The position numbers and the translations under genes were made by a program. A stretch of 50,278 nucleotides of DNA, counting the filler, from Bipalium vagum (Eukaryota), in assembly GCA_037834085.1 (NCBI GenBank). It is 3 parts of 3 records of this genome, joined end to end, with 100 filler letters (N's around TTAATTAATTAA, not from the genome) between each part and the next. Parts side by side here need not be neighbours in the genome. Positions count along the whole stretch, not along the records: positions 16,465 to 32,997 come from JBBMKC010106555.1; positions 33,098 to 50,278 come from JBBMKC010075377.1; 1 more part is not named here. The stretch is one strand, 5' to 3'. Below the pieces are notes generated by a model. It saw only the letters and a list, made by a program, of their open reading frames with translations. It was not told the origin of the DNA and did not search any database. Shown piece by piece: positions 27,101 to 39,200 of the stretch (within the stretch, counting starts at the first letter, position 1; the number at the start of each line of letters is the position of its first letter).

Positions 27101-30100
27101 AGGATAATCGATTACAGAAAACATATTTGCGCATCACATGTGGACCCATTCATCGATATTCTTTTGATTCAACATTTTCTTAAATTCCAGTAACTATCGT
27201 GTTCCAAATAATCATTGTGACGATTTTCATAATTTTACTCTGAAATATTAGATTTTTCAGAAAGTTTTGGACGTTTTTTATACATTCATTTTTAAACAAC
27301 ATAAGTCAGCCGAAGCAAAAGGTTTGTTGATTAAAATAAAAACCATTAGCCTTTACACACTTCTGTCAACGAATTCCTATACGATAGAATTAGACAGACC
27401 TGGAGGTAATGAACTGTTCAAATTCTCTAGTCATGCGATATACTTGGGTCTTTTGAATACCACTAACTATTTTTTTTCGTATTGACTCTGTTTTGGTAAT
27501 GAATTCTGAGCATATCTTCATATTCATTTTTGTTTTTATTGTTAGCTCATCTGGCACCCCGTGTTCAGCTTCTTTGTATTATCTATTTGCTTCATATGAC
27601 TGGAAACGGTTCCAATACTGACATCTAGTCTTTTGGTAAATTTTCTTATTGTTGTTCGCAAATCTACTTCCACTAGACCCTTTAAATCCTTGTCATCAAG
27701 TTTGGAAGAACGGCAAATTCGTTCCGCATCTTCAAGCAATAAATCTCCATTACAGAACTTCTAATACTAACTTCGTACTATTGACTGATATACAGTACTA
27801 TGGCCACAATTTTCATTAAAATTTCCAGCAGTTTCCGCTGCTTTTGCACCGAGTCCGAAACTCATAAAAATAAATTTGGTGCCAATCGCGATATTCTAAA
27901 TTAAAATGGACAGAAAGAAGTCAAGTATTTATAAAATGCAAAAAATTTTAAGGATATATGCTTTTAAATGCCAAATAATATTAAGTAATCTTCAAATAAC
28001 TTATTTGAATTATTTACAATTTTAATTTATATAAACAAAAACGTGAAAAACTTTCTGAAAAACCTAACATAAAATTTTTAAGTATTTCACGACTGGTTTT
28101 GTAATAGGATTATTTCTCGCAATTTTGTCAGAACTTGATATTTATGTTCCGGATATAAAGAAATAATTAAGTTTTATTATTTATTTATCCATTTATTTAT
28201 GTATTATTTTACTTGTTTCAGTCTTTCAAGATTCTTTTTACGCTGATAGTGACAGCAGTGACGATGAATATGAGATATATTCGCAAGATTCTGTGGTTGG
28301 AGATTTTGTAAGAAATTTTCGATTTAATTATAATGTAACAGAAATATGACAAAATAAATGAGAGTTTTGTAGGTTTCAAGTTAATGAAAGAAGTTTATTC
28401 TAACTTATTTCTTATCAAAGCTTTCTCTCCAGTATAACGATTATTAAAAGCAAAAATTAAAATTTTTGAATGACCTGGATGACCTTTGAAAGTTATACAA
28501 TCTCGAATACCTAACTAACGACATTCAGGTACCTTATATACTCTTTTCAAAAATATGCTGATCTTGATCTATTTCCCATTGAAATCTGTATAAGCGAGAG
28601 AAACTATTGACAATAAGCAAATCCTCTGAAATAAAAATCATTATTGTGTTGAATATTCTTTCTTTAATTTATGACAAATTTAGACGAAAAAGAGCCACTA
28701 TCATTGGATTTAGTGTGGTTTACCTTGTGGAACAAGGGATTTTTAAGTAATAAATTGAAAAATGTTATGGATACAAAACAAAACCATTTTTTAGATGTTC
28801 TTTGCCTTAGAACCACTAAACTTCATACACATCGAAATGGTGTTTGCATTTCTTCAAATAGATTCTTTACTGTTTCTGCGAAATGCGACTGAGGTCTCCC
28901 ACGTGTCACGTTCATAAAATTATGATTCTTTGATTCAAACTGGGCATACGACCAACGACGCACTCGGTTACACAACCAATATTGATTGTGGACATTGAGC
29001 TTTGCGACAGCTGTGGATGCATTTTCCAATTTTCCCTTGATTAAAAGATTGATTCGAAATTTCTAAGATCAATTATTTCAACTAAAAACCAATTGTTGAA
29101 TATTCAGATTATTTGTTTAAGCAAATATCATTCATTATATATTTAAAGCTGACCTTCAAATTCATATATCTAAATGTTCCTATATGTTAAGTATTCACTG
29201 GTCTGCAACGTTTATAAGAATAAATTCTTTAATCTTACATTACATACTTGACAGTTCAGATATTCCGTTTCTGCAATTTTTAACAATGGTTTTTAAATAC
29301 TTAACTTTTTATTTATTTTATATACCCTCTTGTTTTTTAATTGACAGTGAGATATGGAATATTTTAATGTAATTTATATTTTAATTTTGGTACTGTAATT
29401 ACGCTCAAGACATTTTCTTGAACACTAGTAGTCAGTTCAGACCAAAGAATCCGTTCAAAGTTAGAGAAGAAGCGGAATATTTTATGAAATATGAGACCAA
29501 ATAATCTATTAGTTCCTACTGTGAAGTATGATGGAGATTAATCATGGTATAATATCTACAATGTTGATATCTAATGGCATTCATATTGTAAAGGTCTTTG
29601 ACTAAAACTTTACTCTAACCTTCTCTTCAAACCCAATCTCTACATAATCTACCATAATTACTCAACCTTGAAAATAAGAATTAAAATTATTCATACTAAT
29701 TGTCTTTGAAATTTTCGGAATCATTATGCTAATTGGTATCATTTGTCACAAACTATTTTACTTATCTTTACCCTTTCTTTAAATATAAAGGATTTATAAA
29801 CCTTAGACTATCTAAAGAAAATCGAAAGATATGAAAAGATGGCATGCTTCCTTACAAATTGTCAATATTTGTGCTTCAACCGAACAAAATTGAGTACATT
29901 CGTTGGTATTTCATTTCATATCGGTCATATTATTCGGTATAATAGGCCCACTTTTGTCCAAGTCAACCTTTGATATTACATTCTTTCTTTAAAATGTAAC
30001 ATTATCTCAACTATGAAAATTATTATTATATTATGTATAAATGTACATCCATCATACCGCTTCTCTTGCTTTTGATTAGGCGGAATTTATTTTCTTACAT

Positions 30101-32941
30101 TTTCTCCAGGAACGGTTTAATTATTAAATTACATTAATTAATCGGACATAGGGGAAATAAAATTGACATCAATTATAAAAAACGTTGATTAAAAGTTCTG
30201 CGTCGATTTTATGGAAAACATTATTTTGATATAACAAACATTAAATTTTATTATTAAATAATTTATAATTTATAATCCCAAGACCGATTAATTCATACAG
30301 ACTCCCAATATTTTTCTTTTGGGAAATTTTAGTCGATCGCTGACCTTGGTAAATGAAATATGGAGACTTATTTTTCTTTTCCAGACAAAACTACACCACG
30401 AGATTTAATAGTACTCGTTTTATCAAAACAGAGGAAATACGTACAGTAGAGGCTGAATTAATCTGGACACTGTAATTAAATTGGTCTTATTATTTCTTTA
30501 TTAGGCTTTTCAAAATTTGTTTATATTTGTTTTTTGATTTAAGTAGTTTTTTAAAAAATCGATAATTAACATACATTTCCAAATTTTATAGCTAGTCATC
30601 TTGAATCTCATTGAAAATGAATACTACCATAGAAACACATGCTAAAATGGAAGCTTTGCTTGATGCTGGCTTATCACAGAAGGATAATCAGAGCCAGTTA
30701 AAAATGTATCTGTCAATCATAAATCGCTTGGTGATACTTTCCAAGCAAACTGAGTCAATAAAAGCTGGACGAATTGGGAAATGTGGAAGAATACCAAGGC
30801 TTTCTAGAACATATATTAGAAAATGAATTTGCGATAGCAAAGCAAGTCCTCAGATGACAGTTAAAAAACTTATAACTAATAATCTAGGGTTGCCCATCAT
30901 TTTTAGAAGGTACATGAATGACGTATTAATTAAAGAAGGTCACCCACGCATCAAAGCCCTTCAAAAACAATTTTTGTCAAGCAATCACATTTTGCAGTGC
31001 AAGGAGTGGGCTCAACAATTTAAAGATTGGATGGAGCTAGATTGGTGAAGTCATAATTTCTAATGAAACGTACATTGTAGTGAATCTTAGAAATAAAGAG
31101 TCTCATCAGAAAATCAACAGATGAAAGATTTACTAACAAGCATGTGTGTAGCAAGTTATGTTTTGGTTTTGTATATCGTGGTATGGTCTTAGGCGCATAT
31201 ATGCAGTAGAAGGTACAATAAATGCAGCTCAGTATTGCGAAAATAATTAAATAATAAACTGTCAGTTAATTGATCAATTGATTGGTATAGTGATGGGCAA
31301 TGGATCTGTCAACAAAGTGGCGCACCCTTATATACTGCAAGAATCACATTGACATGTCTTAATAAAAATAAAATTACTCTTTTACCTTTGGCTGCTTCAT
31401 CACCTGACATGAATGCGGTCGAGAATATGCAGTCCATTCTAAAGAAAAAGGTCTGTAATCTCAATCCTATAACAAAAAACGAATTAATAACTTTTGTCCT
31501 CGCGGTTTGGAGTACAAATCCTGAAATTGATGATTTTGTAAAAAGTTGATCGATTGAGTGCCCCGTCGAATCAAAGCTTTAATGAGTGCTAAAGGTCAAC
31601 ATACTTCTTATTAACATTATCAAAAACATTATTACACATTTGTCTGCCTGTTGTTTGTAAATAATGTTGATTGTATTTGTAAATGTAATAAGATGATACA
31701 AAAATTATGGTGTTCCGATTAATTCTGTGTCTACTGTAAATTTTATATTATTAATCAAATTAACACAAAGTAAATGGAATACAGAATTTCTCCTATATTA
31801 TGTTTTCGAAATGATTTCTCTTTACAGTTAACATTACTTCAATTTTTTGTGGGATTGACAACAATATTGAAGTTTGAAGCTCCTCAGTAGTAAAGCAGGA
31901 ACATTCTTCTTTTCGTTTCGTTTTAGCATTTCAAGTAGATTTTTGGTTTTTGGTAATGAAAAATCTTGCCTTAGGAGGAGCTCAAAACCAAAATCTCGTG
32001 TTTGATTTTCCTTATTACAGCTTTAAGGGAATTTCCATTGCCATAATAACACTGAATTAAATCAATTTTCAAATATAAATTGAAATCGGCCTAAAAATTT
32101 TCGTCATTTATTCATTTAAACAAAACCCACTTTTATGTTTCTGCAAATATATCGATTTAAATAAAAAATATTTGAGAATAGAAATTGATTTCTGAAAAAG
32201 TGTATTTAGAACCACTTTCTTCGATGATTCTGTATATTTTTCTTTTGGTTTTTATATTTTGCTTATTTTTGGCCGCCTCCGCTCAATATTATACAAAGTT
32301 GGAAGACAATAAGTTTATTTCCTCAGTTTTTATGCAACCGGTATACTTATTTATATAAAGCAAAATATGATATATATTGCATTTATTTAGCATAATTTAT
32401 TGTTTTAATAATATTCACAATAATAATAGCGATTCTTTAATTATTTCTTTCTCAGATTAACGTTACTTTTAATAAAAGTGTCTTTCTTTGACTTGCATCA
32501 AGATGATTTATAATTTTAGAGAGTTTTATTAATAAATTATAACACTTATTTTATGATAGTTATTATTATCATTTTTATTGATTCTATAGTTTCTTTTATC
32601 TCATTATGTTTGTCCGTCTTTTTATTTATATTTACTTATCAGTATTGATTCTGGTATCTAGAATTATTGGCTTCGGCCGTTTTTATACATCATTATAATA
32701 TAATATATCTTATATCGAGTAGAATAGATATATCTGAGATATCTGGTGCATATTGATAAGATAATAAAGTAATATTTACTATATATGAATAAAGGACAAA
32801 ATGACATTTATAAAGGAAAAGATAATAAATATTTATATTATTTTTAATATTATTAATGATATTAATATTTAATTTGAATGTAAATTTACTTAAGTGATTA
32901 TTATTATTATTTATTATTAATTATTATCATTATTGTTATTA

Positions 32942-32997
<56 letters not shown>

Positions 32998-35900
32998 NNN
33001 NNNNNNNNNNNNNNNNNNNNNNNNNNNNNNNNNNNNNNNNNTTAATTAATTAANNNNNNNNNNNNNNNNNNNNNNNNNNNNNNNNNNNNNNNNNNNNCCC
33101 AGTTCTAACCTATATCAATAGAGTTAGCATTTTTGTAATTTCGAGATTAGATCTCGCAGTAAGCGTCGAACCAAAGTAAACACCTTACAAATTTGGCAAC
33201 AGCCTTACATTTGGTCCAAACACTTACAAATTGAAAGTGAGCATTGGTTTATTATGGACAAGGAGCATAAATTCTGAGTGAGTAAAGGAAGAAATAAAAT
33301 TTGACTAATATCAATACGTTTTATTGAAAAATGTAGAAAAGTAAGGTGGTGAACGTTACTTAGTAATTTTATTTTTCCGTAACCGGCACCATAAAAATAG
33401 TTTTTTCCATTTCCATAGATCATATTGGATTTTTCTCATCTTTCAATATTGACGCTTTATTCAATCAGAGCTCTATTGGAAAACGGGAAAAATTATGGGA
33501 ATGAAATTATCAATAAAAAAATCGTTCTAAATCGATATCTTTTCCGTTTCATGGTCCAATTTTATGACAAGAAATCGTGATACTTTTGTTGATGAATATT
33601 AAATAGACTTTATCAGCAAATATTTGGATTTTGGAATATGTGGCTCCTGTCAGTTTAATATCATAATGACTACAAATAAAGGCATTAAATCCATTTTGTC
33701 TTTCTTAGTATTACTCATGCAATATTGTAGGTATTTTGTCTCATTTCTCAGTCTTAGTCTAGCCACTGATCTAAAAAAATTAAGGATTTTATTTATATTG
33801 AATAAATATAATGAACAGGTTTATATATTTCTACAAAAATCTCCTTTTCAAACCAACCCTAATTGATTCGGGGTATTTTCCTATTCAAGTTATTTTTAGG
33901 ATAGACTCTTATGATTCTCCAACAGCTCTTTATGAATCTTTTTTTTAACGCAACAAGGGGTTTCATCTGTGTCACCTGGGAAATTATTATTCACTCATCG
34001 TTCATTTATTCATGATTAATAATACAAATTTTATAAAATATGATAATATTAATAGTGTTTCTAATAATTATATTGGGATTATATATTAAATCAATCGATA
34101 TTCATTGTAATTTATTGACATTTTCATTTATGCATATCACGCTACCTGTTGAATTGACGTGACATCATCGAAAAATTTTTTAACATTGATATATTTTAAT
34201 TGATGGTTTCCATTGAGTAAAGGTTTTAGACTTACGTGCTATTGTTTTATAAAGGGTTGTCAGACGATAGCTAATACAACCGTAATTTATGCAGATGTCA
34301 GGTCTATCATAAGAACTTGGTTAACATAAGTTAACTTGTCATAATTTTTAAAATAATTTTAAATTCTACTTGGAAAGGATTACAAAAGTTGCATAATTTA
34401 ATTGAAATTCATTGGATGTTAATTATTCTGTAAATTGTATTTTGATTTGAAGTAAAATATAAATACTTGTTTTAAGGTATTTTCACAATTTCTAAAAGGA
34501 TGCCCAATTATAGATGTAATTTTTTAGGTAATTGCCTTTTTTGTTTTATTTCAGGTTTTAATTTTTTAAACACATTTTTAAAGAATTAATTTTTAAAAAT
34601 ATTTAATTAAAATAAATTCATTTAAAATATTAATAATTTTTTGAAGAGATAAGGGATACAGGATGTCTCCTTCTCGTCGTTTGAAAGAAATATTAAAAAT
34701 AATTAAAGAGGTTAATAAAAATTTTACATTTGGTGTTAATTTTTTTCTGTACGACAATAGAAATTTAAAAGAATTCTTGAAATAAGGATTTTTATATTAT
34801 TTTATATTTATACTGTTATTTATTAAGTATAAATATATATTTTTTTATATTAGGCAGAAAGACGCAAATTTTAATTTGAATATTTTCTTGGAACAGTACG
34901 GTGCTATAAATATACGTTCTAATAAGTACTGTTACTGGTGTAACAGACAAATGCAAGACTTATTATATTTCTAATATGAAACATACAATCAACAAATAGA
35001 CAATATTTCTTACAATAATTGCATGGACTTTTTCTAGGGTGATGTGAGTCATCAGGAAAGCTTTATTAAAAAAAATCTTGAAGTTTGTCCTGCCAAAATT
35101 TTTCTGTGTTAGTATACTTTTTGCCCTTAAATTCCGTTTAAAGTTTTTTAACAAATAAAAGTAATCAAAAGCGAAATCTGGACTGAATGGAGGACGTTGT
35201 AACAGTTCCAGACCACAATAAACCAAATTGGATATGGAAATGGCAATAGTGTGCATTGGGCGTTATCATGCAGACAATAAAGTTTGAAAGTAAAAATGAA
35301 CTGTCTATTTTAACTTCATTTTCAATACAATAGATCAAAAATATGCCTTGAGAATCCCAAAAGGCAGACAACATTAATCACTTCCGCTGACAGATTGATG
35401 ACCGTATTTTCTTTCAACTGGACTCGCCATACAATTTGCACTTACAATCCTCTGGTATATACATGGAAACTAGTGTTTTGTCAAGTGTGATGATACTATT
35501 CAAGTTCCATCACCATCATTGTCAAGAATAATCAAATTTTCTGGACAAATATCAAAACGATGTTTCCTTTCAGCATTCAAAAAGGCAGTACAAATCAAGA
35601 ACAATTTTTGAACACCCGCAAAATGTAAGAAGGGAATGAGGAGCAATGTAAAATTTATTGTGGTCATTTTCTTCTAGGTTTGCACAGTTTGTATTAGTTT
35701 TTCAGTTTTTTTGTCAATGATTTCAAGAGATCTTCCAGGCCAGTGTTCATATTCATAACATATTCACACCTACACCAACGACGTATACTGCATTTAGATA
35801 GGCAGTTTTTTTAGTAAGTAGCAGGAAATTCTGCAATTATTTGATTGCACTCATTCCCTTAATAACAAGAAATATTATGGAACTACTAAATTGAACTGCT

Positions 35901-37049
35901 TCAAGGTAAATATGATTAAAATATGTAAACGAAAGCAGATTTTCCAAAAAAAAAAAATTTTACTTAATATTAATTTTTCTATAAGAGTGTTAATACTTAT
36001 TGGGCGCATCACGTCGTTATAAAAATTATAATCATCTCATATTGTAATTAATATAAATAATTTTAAATTAATTATAAAAAACTAAATAAAAATATTATTT
36101 TGATATCCATATCAAAGTTATTAATTTGTTGAGTTTATCTGAAGTAAAGAGACAATTGGTTTAGTTTTAAATGATGATTTTGAGTAGACTTGTCTCATGA
36201 AAACCCATGACTATTATAATGAATTCAGTCGACACACCAATGTCTACTCAAATGATTGGTCAAATTTTCTCATTGGTCAGCTCACCCTCTTCTAGAGACT
36301 GGAGCAACAACAGTAGAAAATATTATCTGTCGCCGTCAACAAATCTGACAATGATTGTTACATAGGAAATAAATATATAGTAAAAGAAATAGAGTGGATG
36401 CAGTGAATGCTCCAAAAATCGATTTATATTTTGTTCAATGTTATTTCTTGAAATAGGAGTGAAAATCTTTGAATTTCCATAAAAATGAGCAACACTTTGA
36501 CTTCTCCAGCAAAATCCCGAAGTAAAGCCTTCATTCTTGATTCCTTCAGAAAATCATAATTTCTAAACTCAAAATCAACGATCGGTTTCAGAGATAAAGC
36601 CCTTTCCAATCAAAATGTGTTAAATGGAGAATTTATTTCTTTAAAGTTGAGCTTTTAAATTATGCTAAACTTTATATGTTTTAATTTACTTTGGATTGAA
36701 AATTCTTTCAATCAACTAATGTTAAAACTAAATATGGTCTTGTTATTTGCAGACCATAACTTATTTTAATTTAAAAAAAGAGTGAAAAAGTGAAAAAATT
36801 ATTTTTATATATTATTATTTAATATTTTAATTATACATAATTTCAAAATCAATATGACACTAAAGGATAATACAATTTAAAAAGTAATATCAATTAAATG
36901 TTTCTTTAAGGATCAGTCAATGTTGTTCAAAGTTGCTGTGGACTGAAAGCTGTTTGCTTTGGCTGTTGAGATCGGATCATTCATGGATCCCATCAAAGAT
37001 AAGGAAATATTTTTCGTTTGAGATAAGTCAGCAAATAGAGACCGATTGA
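18108..37049 (+). CDS. Predicted multi-exon gene, about 240 aa, acidic N-terminus, possibly a highly divergent Bak/Bcl-2-fold protein
   Basis: Phase-compatible AG/GT-bounded exons: 18108 (A), 18151-18211, 21638-21714, 28222-28307, 30080-30114, 30385-30440, 31828-31871, 31975-31997. These give MSVKINEEYSDKMNNDSDIFRLSYFEDEYKTATGLDSLKSAMSESFVFQDSFYADSDSSDDEYEIYSQDSVVGDFAEFIFLHFLQERQNYTTRFNSTRFIKTEEILNITSIFCGIDNNIEEELKTKIS. More tentative 3' exons are 33900-33959 (contains a TAA or 1-nt slip at a T8 run), 34647-34748, 34854-34895 and 36911-37049 (…FLEQISQCCSKLLWTESCLLWLLRSDHSWIPSKIRKYFSFEISQQIETD*). The 5' half is better supported than the 3' half, and the family call is speculative. Confidence 0.6.
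18680..18955 (+). mobile_element. 3' end of a CR1/L2-like LINE with (AAT)n tail
   Basis: Decayed C-terminal RT-ORF-like text KYFKISTTEIDRPKNWFQ...LPASIGSL, followed by a short UTR, AATAAA and an (AAT)n run. Confidence 0.5.
19748..19890 (+). mobile_element. Mariner 5' fragment
   Basis: MDTDKIHIRHCLLYEFDQGSSAKVTH*RIKEIC is the typical mariner N-terminal HTH (IRHxLLYEF.xG). Confidence 0.8.
20256..20338. repeat. Tandem duplication of a 41-42-bp unit (2 copies)
   Basis: gtgagttatgacttattttagtaatattgattttcttttga followed directly by gtgagttaagacttatttttagtaatattgattttcttttgg. Confidence 0.9.
21236..21403. other. Assembly gap (168 N)
   Basis: N run flanked on the right by (ATT)n. Confidence 0.97.
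23731..24483 (+). mobile_element. Internally deleted Tc1/mariner-superfamily element, DD37D (maT)-like
   Basis: TIRs gcgggtgataaccagaaatctagatcaattt and reverse complement acgagtgataagtagaaatctggcctaattt. Internal MDDECYFPF and VISEKGVS*PWFKDGGLAINQKIY*KECLSKILIPFVK resemble DD37D-type catalytic domains. Confidence 0.75.
27248..28067 (-). mobile_element. Internally deleted mariner with both TIRs
   Basis: TIRs ttagatttttcagaaagttttggacgtttt and reverse complement ttaggtttttcagaaagtttttcacgtttt, with TA at 27246-27247. ORF 27542-27739 (LEDAERICRSSKLDDKDLKGLVEVDLRTTIRK...VSIGTVSSHMKQI) is the second mariner HTH. Confidence 0.9.
28640..29080 (-). mobile_element. Mariner-like N-terminal fragment
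   Basis: ORF 28823-29029 ENASTAVAKLN...RVRRWSYAQFES...RGRP has the HTH plus GRP AT-hook layout of Tc1/mariner transposases. Confidence 0.55.
29440..29552 (+). mobile_element. Short Tc1 catalytic-domain fragment
   Basis: LVPTVKYDGD.IMV matches the Tc1 PTVKHGGGSIMVW motif. Confidence 0.6.
30444..31736 (+). mobile_element. Degenerate full-length Tc1 (1293 bp) inserted at the TA of a splice donor
   Basis: 27-bp TIRs cagtagaggctgaattaatctggacac and reverse complement cagtagacacagaattaatcggaacac, TA TSDs at 30442-30443 and 31737-31738. Broken transposase ORFs 30611-30826 (GKCGRIP), 30854-31048 (CKEWAQQFKDWMELDW) and 31349-31549 (SSPDMNAVEN). Confidence 0.93.
32897..32997. repeat. (ATT)n microsatellite running into a gap
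   Basis: Directly visible, perfect over its last approximately 55 bp. Confidence 0.92.
32998..33097. other. Assembly gap with artificial TTAATTAATTAA spacer
   Basis: 44 N + 12-nt six-frame-stop linker + 44 N. Confidence 0.95.
33100..33800 (-). mobile_element. Possible decayed non-LTR retrotransposon ORF2 fragment
   Basis: Minus-strand KTIFMVPVTEK resembles the (S/T)IFLxPVTExE motif preceding the RT domain of CR1/L2-type LINEs. The rest is heavily mutated. Confidence 0.35.
34908..36013 (-). mobile_element. Degenerate mariner transposon
   Basis: ORFs 35165-35374 (MLSAFWDSQGIFLI) and 34963-35256 (GLELLQRPPFSPDFA...LKNFKRNLR), HDNAQ in a third frame, and a decayed TIR core aataagta at both ends. 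Confidence 0.87.
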
Positions 37050-38049
37050 TAAAAATAGCAATTTTGGATCAAAAAGAAGCTGGTGTCCCGAAATTAGACA
37101 TTGAGTAACAGTCGACCGATCAATTTAAAAAGAAATAGAGTTTTATATGGACTGTTTGACACTGAAATTGATGTTTCAGCTTTTTTTCTATTATTGAGAA
37201 TTTTCATTGTTAAAAGTTTGAACGTTATTAATGCCAAAAGATTAAATGATTTTTTTTGTCGACTGCAAAAATTTTGATAATTTTACTTTTTTATTCATTG
37301 TCTGTTTTTCGCAAATCATTGCTTAATACATTTTGACGATCCGAATATTATTACTGATTGGTGTATCTATTGATTAGTGATTGTGTTTTCATTTTTTTAT
37401 AGAAAACTAAAGTTTATTATAATGTTTATTGATTACTTTGATTCATTATTAAAAGAACGCGTTAGTTTTAAGTAATAGTTTCAATAAATTATGGGCTCAG
37501 AATTATATAGAATTAACCGTATAAAGTAATACATTTGATAATAATTTAAATAAAGGCGATAATAGAAATATATTTAAATATTTTATGCCTAAAGATAAAA
37601 TTATTATTCATTGAGTAAAAAATTTAAGTTATATATATAATTATATAATATATTTGATCATTATATGTATAATAATTTTAAATAAGGTGACTCCAATAGA
37701 TTGCATAATATTAAATAAATAAAATAATGAATCATGAATAATTAAATATCTTTTCCAATTTGATAAACAAACTTAGAAATATTTATTGATTATTCTCTTA
37801 TTTATTTATCGTAAAATTAGAGAGTTTGGAAGATTGAAATTCTACCTTTATAGATATAATTTTGTGAAAATTTCACAAATTATAATTTCATTTTTTTAGT
37901 TATGAAATTTATGATTTCTTTTGTTTATTTGTTTCTTAAGAAATTGGAACAATGAAAAGTACATACCTTTAAAATCCATAAAAAGATAAAAAGTCCCTGT
38001 AAAAAGATTTTGTAGTTTTCACAATGATACAATTATTAAAATTTTATTA

Positions 38050-39200
38050 TTATATGTAACGTCGAGATTTCGTCAATTTTTTTCACATTGTTTGAGGTAC
38101 CGGAATACTTAATGTCGTTTTTTCATCGTTCCAAATGAACAATTTTTTTAGTCAAGAACAAACAATATAATCATCACATGTTTTAACAACTGTTTCCCAT
38201 CTATTTATAAGAGAAACAACTCCTTTCTCAAAAGAGCTATGGTGTCTTAGAATAAAAAACAGATTCAGATCACTTTTGACCTCATTTTCAGAATGGTACT
38301 TTTTACCCGATAAAAAATTTGACTTTTTTGATTGACCAATGCCGGGTCGGCTTCCTGCCACTTAGCGTAGACAGTATCATTTTCAGTACAGTATGTGTCT
38401 GTTTTAATTGTCTGACGGAATGGTAAATAATCCATTACATAAACAATACCTTTATAATTCTATCATACTGTAATTAAGGTCTTAGTAGGATATAGGTCGT
38501 TTTGGAACATATTCCTAGGGAACTATTCTTTTTAACCCACGATGAGGATTTGCAAAAGTTGTCATACAAGACCCATTTCTCATCACAAGTAATTATTCGT
38601 TTCAAAAAGGCGCTTGTATGTGACGTAGCAGAATTAAACAAATATTGAATCGTGTCATTCTGTTTGCTGGTGTAAGTTATTGAGGAACCCACTGATCTAG
38701 TTTTTTGAATAATCAAGCTCATGAAGCCGTTTTCGTAGAGTCGACTCATTACACCCTAACTGATCTGCAATTTCAACACAAGTCTCGCGAGACCCAATCT
38801 CGATTAGTTTAATTAAGTCTATATTCTCAAACAAAATTTATGGTGCTCCTCTAGGAATGTCTTCGATGTTCTCATTGCCTTTACGAAACCTCTTGAACCA
38901 TCTTTGAGCGTCTCGAATGTCAATGATACCTTTTCAAAAAACCCTAAACTAATTAGTTTGACGGAATCTGTGACACTCAGACCAACTTTGAAATCTCAAA
39001 GAAGGCAGGTACGAATTTTAATATTTGACATTGGCATAATCTTTGCTAAAAAATAAAAAATAAAAATGATATAATCAACAGTTTTAAATAAAATCATTTT
39101 AAAACATTCCAATGTTTAATAATCAAACAAGATTATTTAAACGACACTTTATTTATAATAGAAAATAGTCATAATTAAAGTCAATTAAAAAACCTACCTA
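38050..39200 (-). mobile_element. Degenerate mariner transposon
   Basis: Start MPMSNIKIRTCLL*DFKVG at about 39037, FLKRIITCDEKWVLYDN (ORF 38474-38749), and FLSGKKYHSENEVK...GVVSLINRWETVVK (ORF 38152-38361). Boundaries approximate. Confidence 0.9.

Noticed and set aside
33946-33948. Alternative genetic code with TAA read as sense
   Set aside because: GCSH ends in TAA, WDR12 ends in TGA, and neither has internal stops. One TAA at a homopolymer is better explained by error or mutation.
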